DNA of 64,000 nucleotides, taken from the NCBI GenBank assembly GCA_964568585.1, contig CAZMQI010000001.1, forward strand, positions 449 through 64,448, read 5' to 3'. Below, piece by piece: positions 1 to 10,216 of the stretch. The translations under genes and the position numbers were made by a program. Each line of letters opens with the position of its first letter. Position 1 is the first letter of the stretch. The notes beneath the pieces were generated by a model that saw only the letters and a program-made list of their open reading frames with translations, ran no database searches and was not told where the DNA came from. The DNA is from an uncultured Rhodospirillales bacterium. GTDB lineage: Bacteria > Pseudomonadota > Alphaproteobacteria > UBA9219 > RGZA01.

Positions 1-16
1 ACGCAGGTTATAAAAA

Positions 17-1240
17 ATGCTTTTGAGCAACCATTTTAAGATTAATTTTTCAATCAGCACTGCCGTTCTCGGCATGTTCTTAATGAGCGCTACACCTGCA
101 TGGGCGAGCGATGCCGCGATTGCATCGTTCAATCAACCAACCAGCTTTGGAATTTCGGATAGCGTTACTGGCGCAAGCATATCCGGCAACAGCATGAGCA
201 GCCTGACAACACTGGGACTTTCCGTAGGTCATGAATTCAACCAAGCCGTGGGACGCCGCCAGAACAAGCTCCACAGCTTCAGTGCTGGCGTCGGCACAAG
301 CCCTGTATTCTTTGGTGAGGCAGACGATATTGAACTGCAAAAGAAAGCAGAAAAAGTATTTGATGAAATCAGCAAGCAATTCGGCTTTGCAGGCGATGGC
401 GGCTCGTTGCCGCAATTCTGGTCGAGTGACTACAAACGCAAAGGCACGGTTGGAAGCAGCAACGGATTTAATACCTACAATTATGAACTCAACGGGTTTT
501 CGGGCGGGATGGATGTCAAAGCCGGAGACAGATGGAATTTCGGTTTGGCTGCGGGCTATGCCAGAGCAACCAGCAGCTTCGAAGCATTAGGCAGAACTGC
601 AACCGATGTGGATGCATATCAGGCCTCTCTCTATGCAACCTTTGAAGATACGTTTGGATCAATTGATAGCAGTGTTTCCTTCAACAAATTTGCTAATCAC
701 AGCGAACGCAGCATCATCGGCAGCGCGAAAAATAACATGGCGGATTCAAAGGGCAAAGGCTATCAAATCGCATGGACATTATCGGCGATGGGTCACGGCA
801 CCTATGATAAATTCAGCCTAACCCCCATTACCGGATTCACCTTCACCAAACTGCACAGAGGCGGTATGAGTGAAAGTGGCGCAGGCTTTTATAATTTGAA
901 CAGTGCATCCACCGACAGCACATCCCTGAAGCCAATGCTTGGCATCGATGTGGCGCGCAGCTATGTCTATAAAACAGACACCATCATCACTCCGGAAATT
1001 TATGGTATCTATCGCTATGAAACGATGGATGCGAACGAAAACACAACCAACCATCTGGAAAACTTTAATAACCTCTCCTCTTCCTCCAGCACCAATCTGT
1101 CACGTCACAGCATGCAGGTTGGAAGCAGTGTTTCCGTGAAGATTGGGGATAACTTCACTGGAAAAATGCAATTTGATAGCGATTTGCAACCAAGCTCGCA
1201 CAGCTATAGCGGCATTTTTAAAGTGAACTACAACTGGTAG
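17..1240 (+). CDS. Outer-membrane autotransporter-type beta-barrel protein (signal peptide; C-terminal aromatic residue)
   Basis: N-terminal signal peptide (…SATPAWA|SD). The C-terminal half is rich in alternating aromatic/Gly/Ser/Thr beta-strands and ends …YSGIFKVNYNW. A terminal W/F is typical of autotransporter and other OM beta-barrels. No specific family recognised. Confidence 0.45.
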   Translation: MLLSNHFKINFSISTAVLGMFLMSATPAWASDAAIASFNQPTSFGISDSVTGASISGNSMSSLTTLGLSVGHEFNQAVGRRQNKLHSFSAGVGTSPVFFGEADDIELQKKAEKVFDEISKQFGFAGDGGSLPQFWSSDYKRKGTVGSSNGFNTYNYELNGFSGGMDVKAGDRWNFGLAAGYARATSSFEALGRTATDVDAYQASLYATFEDTFGSIDSSVSFNKFANHSERSIIGSAKNNMADSKGKGYQIAWTLSAMGHGTYDKFSLTPITGFTFTKLHRGGMSESGAGFYNLNSASTDSTSLKPMLGIDVARSYVYKTDTIITPEIYGIYRYETMDANENTTNHLENFNNLSSSSSTNLSRHSMQVGSSVSVKIGDNFTGKMQFDSDLQPSSHSYSGIFKVNYNW

Positions 1241-1432
1241 TTGCTGATCCCGCGAAACGTTCCTATTCCGTTCCATAAAACACACACAGGCGCAGACTCT
1301 TGTTGCATGAAAGTGTTTTAGCCATTGTTTTATAATCAGATTTATTCAATGGTCGTCTCCCGTTGCCTTATTATTCAGGCTTTTTTAACAAAACCAGCGC
1401 ATATCTGACCTCGTAACCTTCCATTTTTATTC

Positions 1433-3322
1433 ATGCCACATAGCAGCACCAATCCGAAAAACTCCCGCAAACTAACGCTCATGATAGGTGCGCTCGGTAT
1501 TGTATTCGGAGATATCGGAACCAGCCCGCTGTACGCAATGCAGGCAAGCTTTTCTAAAGCCACAGGGCTTACGCCTACCCCGGATAATATTCTTGGCGTT
1601 TTATCGCTCATTTTCTGGCTGCTGATTATCGTCGTCAGTTTTAAATACGTTCTGTTCATCTTGCGCGCCGACAATAAAGGTGAAGGCGGAATTCTATCGC
1701 TACAAGCACTCGCTTTACGAAGTACCAATAAATTCGGTCTAAGACGTTTTATTGTTATTCTTGGTATTCTTGGTGCTGGCCTGTTTTTCGGCGAAATCAT
1801 CATCACACCCGCTATTTCAGTATTAAGCGCCATGGAAGGTATCCAGGTCGTTGATCCTGCGCTAACCACTGAACACATCATTCTATTCACGATTGTGATT
1901 TTATTGCTCTTATTTACCGTACAACGCCATGGGACATCCTTTATTGGCCGTTTCTTTGGCCCTGTGATGATTGTATGGTTTTGCACTATCGGCACGCTTG
2001 GGTTCTTTTCAATCCTTCATAACCCGTTTGTACTTTCTGCGCTTAACCCTTATTACGCGGTAAGTTTTTCACTCGGGCATTTAAATGTCCTATTCCCTAT
2101 TCTTGGTGCGGTCGTACTAGCGATGACGGGTTCCGAACCGCTTTATGCCGACATGGGACATTTTGGGCGCAAACCAATTAGGAATGCATGGTTCTACGTT
2201 GTGCTGCCTGCGCTTGTTCTCAATTATTTTGGGCAAGGCGCACTGCTGCTTGAAAATCCAGCGGCAACCAGCAATCCATTCTTCCTGCTGGCGCCAGAAT
2301 TCATACGAATTCCGCTGGTCGTGCTGGCTGCCTGTGCAACCATCATTGCATCGCAGGCAACGATTTCCGGTGCGTATTCCGTTGTACGCCAAGCCATTCA
2401 AATGGGCTATTTACCGCGCCTTAACATCACTCACACATCCGAACATGAGGCTGGACAGATTTATATCCCTACTATTAATGCCATCATGATGGTGGGTGTT
2501 GTATTCGTGGTATTGGGCTTTAAGACATCCAGCGATCTTGCGGCGGCATATTGTATCTCCATCACTGGCATGATGATTATCACGACCTTGTTGGCGTTTC
2601 AGGTTATCCGTAAAATATGGAAATGGCCGGAATGGACATCATATGCAATCTGCATTCCGTTACTGATGATTGACCTTTTGCTATTCAGCAGCAATGTGCA
2701 CAAGGTAGGAGATGGTGGCTGGCTGACGCTGACGATTGCCGCATTCCTGTTTTTCATCATGATTACATGGATTGATGGCAGCCGCTTCCTGTTCAAACAG
2801 ATTAGTAACGCAACCATACCGCTCAAGGATTTTATTGCGTCGCTCCCTTCGCTAAAATTCACCCGCGTAAGTGGTACGGGAATTTTCCTTGTACGCACAA
2901 CGGGCGATACACCACACGCATTGCTACGCAACTTCAAACACAACCATGTGTTACATGAACGCGTAATTATTCTTAACATCACCACCAAGGATGTACCGCG
3001 CGTGCCGCGTAAAGATCGCTTCCGTGTCGTCGACTTGGGCGATAACTTCCTTCTGGTAGAGGCGGTTTATGGCTTTATGGAATTGCCCAGCATTCCACTG
3101 TTAATGCGTCAATGCGTCGAAGAAGGTCGTTTGCAAATTGATATGGGGGATACCAGCTTCTTTGTGTCGCGCACCACGCTTATCCCAGACCCACATGTGG
3201 GCTTGCCATTATGGCAAGCAGTGATTTACAAATGGCTACACGTCAATTCAGTGCGTATGCATGATTTCTATCGCATTCCAACCAACAAGGTTTTGGAAAT
3301 CGGCATTCAAATGCGCCTGTAG
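1433..3322 (+). CDS. kup: KUP/HAK/KT family potassium uptake transporter
   Basis: Conserved Kup N-terminal signature …LGIVFGDIGTSPLYA… and multiple TM helices. Length 629 aa is typical. Confidence 0.9.
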   Translation: MPHSSTNPKNSRKLTLMIGALGIVFGDIGTSPLYAMQASFSKATGLTPTPDNILGVLSLIFWLLIIVVSFKYVLFILRADNKGEGGILSLQALALRSTNKFGLRRFIVILGILGAGLFFGEIIITPAISVLSAMEGIQVVDPALTTEHIILFTIVILLLLFTVQRHGTSFIGRFFGPVMIVWFCTIGTLGFFSILHNPFVLSALNPYYAVSFSLGHLNVLFPILGAVVLAMTGSEPLYADMGHFGRKPIRNAWFYVVLPALVLNYFGQGALLLENPAATSNPFFLLAPEFIRIPLVVLAACATIIASQATISGAYSVVRQAIQMGYLPRLNITHTSEHEAGQIYIPTINAIMMVGVVFVVLGFKTSSDLAAAYCISITGMMIITTLLAFQVIRKIWKWPEWTSYAICIPLLMIDLLLFSSNVHKVGDGGWLTLTIAAFLFFIMITWIDGSRFLFKQISNATIPLKDFIASLPSLKFTRVSGTGIFLVRTTGDTPHALLRNFKHNHVLHERVIILNITTKDVPRVPRKDRFRVVDLGDNFLLVEAVYGFMELPSIPLLMRQCVEEGRLQIDMGDTSFFVSRTTLIPDPHVGLPLWQAVIYKWLHVNSVRMHDFYRIPTNKVLEIGIQMRL

Positions 3323-3337
3323 GGTTCAGAGGATTTC

Positions 3338-3913
3338 ATGGTCATCACTCCCAACCAGATTACCACGTTCCGTATCGTCGCTGCGCCATTGATTGCCCTT
3401 TGCATTTGCATGGATAGCCTCACCCTTGCATTGGCGTTGTTTGTTTTGGCGGCCATCAGCGATTGGGTTGACGGATATCTGGCACGCAAGACCAACAGCA
3501 CATCTATCTTTGGCCGCGTGTTTGATAGCATCGCCGACAAATTACTTGTGAGCGGTTGCATGCTGGCACTGATTTATACGGGCCGCATGGGCAAAGAACT
3601 GATTTTTCCCGCACTGGCCATCATCCTGCGTGAATTCTTTATTGCGGGGCTTCGTGAATATACACTTCGTGCAAGAACAGAAAACAAAACCGATACAAAG
3701 GATAACCTTCTGGCCGCAACCCAGCTTGCTAAAATCAAAACTGCCCTGCAGATGGTAGCCATTGGCATGCTGATTATCCCGCGCAGTTTCATGTATCCTT
3801 ATCTGGGCATGCTTGGCGGGTTGGTATTGTGGGTTGCTGCTGGGCTTAGCATCTATACGGGCTGGTTGTACTGGAAAGAAGTGCGCCCATCCATCAAAGC
3901 TGGCACGGTTTAA
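3338..3913 (+). CDS. pgsA: CDP-alcohol phosphatidyltransferase (phosphatidylglycerophosphate synthase-like)
   Basis: CDP-OH phosphotransferase motif D-x2-DG-x2-AR…G…D-x3-D (…DWVDGYLARK…FGRVFDSIADKLLV…). ~190 aa membrane protein. Confidence 0.8.
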   Translation: MVITPNQITTFRIVAAPLIALCICMDSLTLALALFVLAAISDWVDGYLARKTNSTSIFGRVFDSIADKLLVSGCMLALIYTGRMGKELIFPALAIILREFFIAGLREYTLRARTENKTDTKDNLLAATQLAKIKTALQMVAIGMLIIPRSFMYPYLGMLGGLVLWVAAGLSIYTGWLYWKEVRPSIKAGTV

Positions 3914-3921
3914 CCCATCAT

Positions 3922-5709
3922 TTAACGCAGTACGCCCATATCGCGCATAATGGCATGGCCAGGTTTTGCACTGGTCATCGACACTACAGGCGATAGCACC
4001 GGTTCAATCGATTGCATCAAACTGTTCAACCTCGTCATGGTTGCACCCATGCCGGTGAAACCTTCCACCATCTTTACGATGCGCGATGCAAAGTTTTCTG
4101 GTTCAGGGAATGGCTTAAGCATAATGCGGTCATCTTCAGAAACGCCGAGCAAGCTTTTGGTATAATCAATCGCGTCGGCCAAACCGCCAAGCTCATCCAC
4201 TAACCCGTTGTGCAATGCCTGATTACCAGTCCACACGCGTCCCTTGGCGATAGCGGCGACTTGGTCATCCGTTAAATCGCGTGCGATTGCCACATGGTTT
4301 TTGAATTGTTGATAGGTTTCACCAACCAGCTCATCAACTTTTGCGCGCTGCGCGTCGGTAAAGGGCGAGGTTGCGGTCCATAAATCGGCATTGTCACCAC
4401 GCGTAATCATGCCCCAATGCACACCGAGCTTATCCCATAATGCATCCGTCGCCGCGACCTTGCCTGCGATCACGCCAATGGAACCAGTAAGCGTAGCTGG
4501 ATCCGCAATGATTACATCGCCCTGCATGGCCATCCAATAGCCGCCGGAACCAGCCATTTCACCCATCGATACGATGACGGGAAGCCCCATATGCTGGGCT
4601 TTTTCAATGCTGCGGCGAATGGTTTCAGAAGCCACAGCCGAACCGCCAGGGCTATCAATACGTAATAGGATGGCTTCAACCTTGTCATCCTGCATCGCGT
4701 CCTGAATAGCGCTTACCGTTTCATCGGCAGCCATAGCGTTGCTTTTGGCCGGTCCTTCAGAACTTTGGGCGATTTCACCGGTTGCATGAATGAATGCAAC
4801 AACAGGACGCTTTTCATGTTCATCTTGCTTGGCAAGCAATTCATCGCGGCGCATGGATAGATAATCTCCCGCATCAACGCTTTCAACTTCATCGCCATAG
4901 GTTTTACCTAACACTTCTTCCAACTCATCTGCATAACCGATATGCGTGACCAGTTTTTCACGAAACGCCGTTGTGGCGTTCAACGGCGCATTATCAATAA
5001 GCCGCAGCAGACCGAGCGGATCCAATTGTCGTTCCTGTGCGATATCACCCACCATCTGCATGCTCAAATCATCAAGGATGGAACCAAGCATTTCAGCATT
5101 TGCAGGTGTGAAGTCATCCTCGGTTAGCATGTCCATCGCGCTTTTGTATTCTTCGCGATGAACAAAATCAGCCTTCGCCCCGATTTTTTCAAGCGCAGCC
5201 TTCACGAATGGAGATTGTGCGGCAAGCCCCGTGATCCCCACCAGCCCCATGGGTTGCAGCCATATTTGATCAAACGCGCTGGCCAGATAATATGCCTTAT
5301 CTGCGGCACCAAATTCACCAAAGCTAGTAGCAAACGCATAGGATGGTTTCCCTGTATCACGAAACCGTGCGATCGCATCGCGTAGTTCCTGCGTGCCTGC
5401 CATGGAAACCGAATTCTCGCGGAAGCTTCCAACCACCACTTTGACACGTGGGTCTTTGCTGGCAAAATCAAGCGCAGCAACAGCGTCTTTTAGAATCAGC
5501 GCGCCTGATTTTCCAAGCGCGGCTTTGATGGGATTTGGATCAGATGTCTCGGGAATGTCCTTCGTTAAGTCTAGCGATAGAATGATGCTGTCAGGCAAAT
5601 GTTCTTTTTCACGGGTAAACATTAACACCCAACCAGTAACCGAAATGGCAAAAACCACGAAACCAAGGATGGCAAAGCTGCGTGTGATATATTTCAGTAT
5701 TTTTTGCAT
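3922..5709 (-). CDS. sppA: Signal peptide peptidase SppA (protease IV, 67K type)
   Basis: N-terminal TM anchor and two ClpP/crotonase-like halves. Contains …RIDSPGGSAVASE… and …GSIGV…, the SppA serine/lysine dyad context. Confidence 0.85.
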   Translation of the reverse strand: MQKILKYITRSFAILGFVVFAISVTGWVLMFTREKEHLPDSIILSLDLTKDIPETSDPNPIKAALGKSGALILKDAVAALDFASKDPRVKVVVGSFRENSVSMAGTQELRDAIARFRDTGKPSYAFATSFGEFGAADKAYYLASAFDQIWLQPMGLVGITGLAAQSPFVKAALEKIGAKADFVHREEYKSAMDMLTEDDFTPANAEMLGSILDDLSMQMVGDIAQERQLDPLGLLRLIDNAPLNATTAFREKLVTHIGYADELEEVLGKTYGDEVESVDAGDYLSMRRDELLAKQDEHEKRPVVAFIHATGEIAQSSEGPAKSNAMAADETVSAIQDAMQDDKVEAILLRIDSPGGSAVASETIRRSIEKAQHMGLPVIVSMGEMAGSGGYWMAMQGDVIIADPATLTGSIGVIAGKVAATDALWDKLGVHWGMITRGDNADLWTATSPFTDAQRAKVDELVGETYQQFKNHVAIARDLTDDQVAAIAKGRVWTGNQALHNGLVDELGGLADAIDYTKSLLGVSEDDRIMLKPFPEPENFASRIVKMVEGFTGMGATMTRLNSLMQSIEPVLSPVVSMTSAKPGHAIMRDMGVLR

Positions 5710-5783
5710 GAATAATTTACGTGGTAAGTTGAAGCGGAGGTTCTAAATTAGGCGTTGCGTGCTATGAAGTCATCTAAAACATT

Positions 5784-7238
5784 TTGTCCTTAAAGATTAT
5801 GACCCAGCCTACTCTATTTTGGTTCCGACAGGATCTACGCTTAAGCGACCAACCCGGTTTGCGTGCTGCGGCTGAACGCGGCCCCGTTGCTTGCATTTAT
5901 ATCCTCGATGACACGCTAGCTTGGCCGATGGGTGGCGCATCGCGTTGGTGGCTGCATCACTCCCTCACATCATTAAAGAACGATTTGGACAAAATGGGCG
6001 TGCCGCTCATATTGCGTCGCGGTGCCGCTAAAACCATTTTACCAAAACTGGCTGCCGATATAAGCGCGCAAGCTGTTCACTGGAATAGGCTTTATGAACC
6101 TGCCGCGATTGCCAGAGATACGGAATTAAAAACCGCGCTTAAAAATTCCGGAATTGCAGTTGAAAGTTTTAATGGCAGCTTGCTGTTCGAACCATGGGAA
6201 ATCAAAAATGGTTCGGGAACCCATTTCAAAGTCTTCACGCCATTTGCAAAATCATGCCTGATGGGCAAGGCTCCGCCTCTGCCCGTCAACGCGCCAAAGA
6301 ACATGACGGGCGCAACACTGAATATTGCGAGCGATAATCTGACAGATTGGGGGTTACTGCCCACCAAACCTGATTGGGCAAAATCACTTAAAGCCGCATG
6401 GAATATAGGGGAAAAAGGCGCCCATAAACGCATGCACGAATTTCTGGGTGATGGTCTGCATAATTACGCCGATGGCCGCGATAGACCCGATAAGGACAAT
6501 ACATCCCGCCTTTCCCCGCATCTGCATTTTGGTGAAATCAGCCCGCGTCAGGCATTTTATGCGGCACGGCAAATTAATGAAACCAGCAACCGTGCAGGCA
6601 TCACCAAACAAATCGATAAATTCATCAGCGAGCTTTTATGGCGTGAATTTTCATACCATTTATTATTCGCGCATCCCGATTTACCCGAAGCACCGCTCAA
6701 TAAGAAATATACCGACTTCCCTTGGCAGCCGGATGACGCATTATTCAAAGCATGGAGCAAAGGACAAACGGGAATTCCTATCGTAGATGCAGGCATGCGC
6801 CAGTTATGGCAAACGGGATGGATGCATAACCGTGTGCGGATGGTGGTTGCATCACTGCTGATTAAAAACATGCTGCAACCTTGGCAGCGTGGCGAGGCAT
6901 GGTTTTGGGATACATTGGTCGATGCAGATTTGGCAAGCAATGCGGCATCATGGCAATGGGTTGCTGGCAGCGGTGCTGATGCTTCCCCCTATTACCGCAT
7001 CTTCAACCCCGTCTTGCAGGGGCAGAAATTCGACCCGAATGGCGATTATGTCCGCCAGTTTGTGCCAGAGTTGGCAAAGCTTCCTGCCGAACTAATCCAC
7101 GCCCCATGGGAGGCGACGCCCCTGGAATTAAAGGAAGCCGGCATTGTACTTGGTAAAACCTACCCTCAACCATTGGTCGATTTAAAACATAGCAGAAACA
7201 GGGCCCTTGAAGCCCATAAGAGAATCAAAAACACATAA
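5784..7238 (+). CDS. phr: Deoxyribodipyrimidine photolyase (CPD photolyase / cryptochrome family)
   Basis: N-terminal photolyase alpha/beta domain (…[16 protein letters not shown]…) and FAD-binding C-terminal domain (…WREFSYHLL…, …[13 protein letters not shown]…, …WQWVAGSG…). Confidence 0.9.
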   Translation: MSLKIMTQPTLFWFRQDLRLSDQPGLRAAAERGPVACIYILDDTLAWPMGGASRWWLHHSLTSLKNDLDKMGVPLILRRGAAKTILPKLAADISAQAVHWNRLYEPAAIARDTELKTALKNSGIAVESFNGSLLFEPWEIKNGSGTHFKVFTPFAKSCLMGKAPPLPVNAPKNMTGATLNIASDNLTDWGLLPTKPDWAKSLKAAWNIGEKGAHKRMHEFLGDGLHNYADGRDRPDKDNTSRLSPHLHFGEISPRQAFYAARQINETSNRAGITKQIDKFISELLWREFSYHLLFAHPDLPEAPLNKKYTDFPWQPDDALFKAWSKGQTGIPIVDAGMRQLWQTGWMHNRVRMVVASLLIKNMLQPWQRGEAWFWDTLVDADLASNAASWQWVAGSGADASPYYRIFNPVLQGQKFDPNGDYVRQFVPELAKLPAELIHAPWEATPLELKEAGIVLGKTYPQPLVDLKHSRNRALEAHKRIKNT

Positions 7239-7278
7239 TTCTTATGTAAATTCATATTTCTCGGCTAATCCTAAGATA

Positions 7279-8808
7279 ATGAATTTACGCAAAGTGCTTC
7301 TACTACTGTTCTGCCTTATTCTCCCCTTGGCTATGCCTGTTTGGGGTAATGCCAATTCATCACAAAATTCTGCTATCGAAAAAATACTACGCGGCGGCGC
7401 AAAGGGTATTGGCGCAAATATTAACACGCAATTGATTGTTGAATTTTATACGAAACGCAATTACACGAGCGCGTGGCAACTTCATGAAAGCAACGCCAAG
7501 TCCATGGTTAAGGATTTTGCGAATTTCGTTCATTCAACATTGGATGAGCACGGGCTGGGCGATCGAGGTTATCCATTCCATGCCTTGCAAACCAAAGTAG
7601 ATTTAGGAACCGATGAAGCTTTAGCTGAAGCCGACATCATCGCATCGGATATCGTCCTGCGTATGGCGCGTTCGCTTTCCGGCCAAGACCCTATTCCGCA
7701 TTCAAAGCTTCATACATGGCCATTGAAACGCGATAAAACCGATATTGCTGGTGGTTTGAACAAGGCTATTAATGAAGGAAGGGTGCCCGAATATCTTGAG
7801 CGTTTGGCGCCGCAGGTAAAAGCCTATGCCAAGCTTAAAGAAGCTTTGAAACTCTACCGCGAGATTGCAGATAAAGGCGGATGGACCCGCGTAAAACCGA
7901 ACGGCGTCATCCAAGAAGGGTTTGAAGATGACCGCTTACTGCAAATCCACAACCGGTTAGCGCAAGAAGGGTATATGCCCTTCCCGCAATCAACCGTACC
8001 AGAAAAAGTATATGGGCCGGCGCTGGTTGAAGGCATGAAGCAGTTTCAGGAAACCCACGGCCTTTACCCCGACGGCAACATAGGCCCTGAAACATTCCGC
8101 GCAATGAATGTGCCCGTAAAAGAACGCATCGATCAAATCCGCGTCAACCTTGCCCGTATCCGGCAAAGCCCGCCTGATGCGTGGGAAGATATCGTCATCA
8201 ATATTCCATCGGCGCAGCTTAGCTTTTATCGTCGCGGCGAAGTTGTATACGAAGCACCGGTTGTTGTGGGCCGCGTTGATCGTCCCAGCCCGCTGGTAAA
8301 AAGCATGATTTACGAGATGATTATCAATCCATCATGGTATGTGCCCGCCAGTATTGCTGAAAAAGATCTGATACCGAAAATGGAAAAAGACCCAGAATTC
8401 CTTAGCAGACAAGGGATTCATACCGGTGATGGCACCATGCGCCAAGACCCTGGCCCGCTTAATTCATTGGGACGCATTAAATTCAATTTCCAAAATCCAC
8501 ATGCCGTTTATCTCCACGGCACGCCGCATCAGGAATTATTCGGCAAGGATGATCGCACACGTAGTTCGGGTTGCATTCGTTTGAAAGACCCCGCTGAACT
8601 CGCACTGATCTTCATGAAGAACAATCCCGAATGGACACCGGATCGTTTACAAAAACGCATCGACAGTATGAAGACCAGCCATGTGACCCCGCCAGAAAAA
8701 ACACCGATTAAACTTTTATATTGGTCGGCGATTGTTGATTCAAAAGACCGCGTGCAGTTTTTCAACGACGTATACGGGCTTGATGCCGAATGGGCGAAGC
8801 TCTTATAA
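7279..8808 (+). CDS. ldtD: Murein L,D-transpeptidase, YcbB/LdtD-like (PG-binding domain plus YkuD catalytic domain)
   Basis: Signal peptide (MNLRKVLLLLFCLILPLAMPVWG) and YkuD catalytic motif …HGTPHQELFGKDDRTRSSGCIRL…. The ORF track starts at 7207 overlapping phr; the ATG at 7279 precedes the signal peptide and is preferred. Confidence 0.8.
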   Translation: MNLRKVLLLLFCLILPLAMPVWGNANSSQNSAIEKILRGGAKGIGANINTQLIVEFYTKRNYTSAWQLHESNAKSMVKDFANFVHSTLDEHGLGDRGYPFHALQTKVDLGTDEALAEADIIASDIVLRMARSLSGQDPIPHSKLHTWPLKRDKTDIAGGLNKAINEGRVPEYLERLAPQVKAYAKLKEALKLYREIADKGGWTRVKPNGVIQEGFEDDRLLQIHNRLAQEGYMPFPQSTVPEKVYGPALVEGMKQFQETHGLYPDGNIGPETFRAMNVPVKERIDQIRVNLARIRQSPPDAWEDIVINIPSAQLSFYRRGEVVYEAPVVVGRVDRPSPLVKSMIYEMIINPSWYVPASIAEKDLIPKMEKDPEFLSRQGIHTGDGTMRQDPGPLNSLGRIKFNFQNPHAVYLHGTPHQELFGKDDRTRSSGCIRLKDPAELALIFMKNNPEWTPDRLQKRIDSMKTSHVTPPEKTPIKLLYWSAIVDSKDRVQFFNDVYGLDAEWAKLL

Positions 8809-8835
8809 AGTGCATTGTGGCGGGGATAATCATGG

Positions 8836-8851
8836 TTAATGAATCATTAAC
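8836..8851. promoter_or_regulatory. Perfect palindromic CtrA-type box TTAATGAATCATTAAC (TTAA-N7-TTAAC) in the ldtD / DpaA-like intergenic region
   Basis: Sequence ggTTAATGAATCATTAACc read directly. Matches the alphaproteobacterial CtrA full-site consensus TTAA-N7-TTAAC. Lies ~180 nt upstream of the DUF882 gene in a 225-nt AT-rich spacer. Confidence 0.35.
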
Positions 8852-9033
8852 CTCTCAGGATTACTCTTACTGAATCGGGTCTGTTTTTAATTAAAATGAC
8901 TTCGACTGATTCAATTACGCAACATTTCTGGTTTTTAGAGTTTTTTTTGGGCTGGTTTTCTTGCTTTTATAATCCAAATCAGTGATGTTGGTCCCAGTTT
9001 TTATGTATTCCTTATGTTACTCAAGGTTCTCTC

Positions 9034-9609
9034 ATGTCACTCAAGCCCGCACTTAATCGGCGCAAATTTTTAGGCCTGTCAGCCACCGCGTTAGCGGTTG
9101 GTGCATCGACGCTCACTGTTCCTGCACAAGCTGTTCCGTTTTACAATTATCCGGTTCGCCAGCTGACCTTCCTCAACACGCACACCAATGAAATCTATCG
9201 CGGTGCCTATTTCTATAATGGCGGGTATGACCGCAGCGTGATGAGCCAATTCAGCTATCTGATGCGCGATCATCGCAGCGAAGAAGTGGCGCGCATTGAT
9301 TATCGTTTATTTGATGTACTACATCACCTGCAAGCCCGCTTGCAAAACTTTGACGTTGTAAAACTCATTTCCGGTTATCGCTCCCCGCAAAGCAATGCAA
9401 TGCTTGCGTCCACCAGCAGCGGCGTTGCAAAGAACAGCTATCACGTTAAAGGCCAAGCAACCGACATTCGCATTGATGGCGTTCCAACCGAATATGTTCA
9501 CAAAGCCGCTCTAAGCCTTGGTGCAGGCGGCGTTGGCTTCTATCCATCAAGCGATTTCGTGCATGTGGATACAGGCCCAGTCCGCACATGGGGTTATGGT
9601 GCTGGCTAA
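9034..9609 (+). CDS. Tat-secreted DUF882 / peptidase M15A family protein (YcbK/DpaA-like peptidoglycan amidase)
   Basis: Twin-arginine signal (NRRKFLGLSATALAVGA…AQA). M15-like zinc motifs (…SGYRSPQSN…H…D…H…). Sits beside ldtD as ycbK does beside ycbB in E. coli. Confidence 0.7.
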   Translation: MSLKPALNRRKFLGLSATALAVGASTLTVPAQAVPFYNYPVRQLTFLNTHTNEIYRGAYFYNGGYDRSVMSQFSYLMRDHRSEEVARIDYRLFDVLHHLQARLQNFDVVKLISGYRSPQSNAMLASTSSGVAKNSYHVKGQATDIRIDGVPTEYVHKAALSLGAGGVGFYPSSDFVHVDTGPVRTWGYGAG

Positions 9610-9643
9610 CCAGCACCTTGTGGGTTACAGGGCTGGCTAGGCC

Positions 9644-10180
9644 TTAGTATTTCAAAGCTTTTGTCTTTGCCGCGATAAAATCCATCACCGCTAAGAATAC
9701 GCCTGACAGAATGAATGCGCCGTGGATAATCGCCATCCACATCAAATCGCGATCTGCGTATTTTGTGGTTTCCATGAACACTTTTAACAAATGAATACCC
9801 GAAATCGCTACCATCGATGCAATCAACTTTAATTTAAGCGACGCGAAATCAACGCTGCCTTTCCAGTCGGGTTGATCGACATGCGTGGACGTATCAATTT
9901 TTGATACGAAGTTCTCATAACCCGAATAAATCACAATAAGCAGCAAATTCCCTGCCAGTGACAAATCAATCAACGACAAAATACCAAGTATCATATCGCT
10001 TTGCGTCAGACGCGAAACATCAGAAAATAAATGGATTAATTCCTGAAAGAAACTGATGAGCAGTAAAACGAGCCCCGAAGCGAGCCCGATATACATCGGC
10101 GCCATCAACCAGCGGCTGGAAAACAAACCTTTTTCAATTGCGGCTTCAATCGTGCGTTTGACAGGGTGGGTCATGGGCAA
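9644..10180 (-). CDS. UPF0114 (YqhA-like) family membrane protein
   Basis: ~180 aa with 3-4 TM helices. N-terminal …IEKGLFSSRWLMAPMYIGL… is characteristic of UPF0114 as I recall it. Confidence 0.5.
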   Translation of the reverse strand: MPMTHPVKRTIEAAIEKGLFSSRWLMAPMYIGLASGLVLLLISFFQELIHLFSDVSRLTQSDMILGILSLIDLSLAGNLLLIVIYSGYENFVSKIDTSTHVDQPDWKGSVDFASLKLKLIASMVAISGIHLLKVFMETTKYADRDLMWMAIIHGAFILSGVFLAVMDFIAAKTKALKY

Positions 10181-10216
10181 TTCCTAAAATCGGGTGAGGG
10201 ATTTAATATAATGCGA

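Noticed and set aside
1241-1432. 190-nt leader upstream of kup as a possible riboswitch (c-di-AMP/ydaO-type)
   Set aside because: No recognisable conserved riboswitch core. The region is AT-rich and unstructured by eye, and ydaO-type elements are essentially Gram-positive or cyanobacterial.
1375-1995. 206-aa minus-strand ORF overlapping kup
   Set aside because: Antisense to a confidently identified Kup N-terminus and has no motif.
7207-7278. Upstream extension of the ldtD ORF overlapping phr by 32 nt
   Set aside because: The signal peptide begins at the internal ATG (7279), so the extension is unlikely to be translated.
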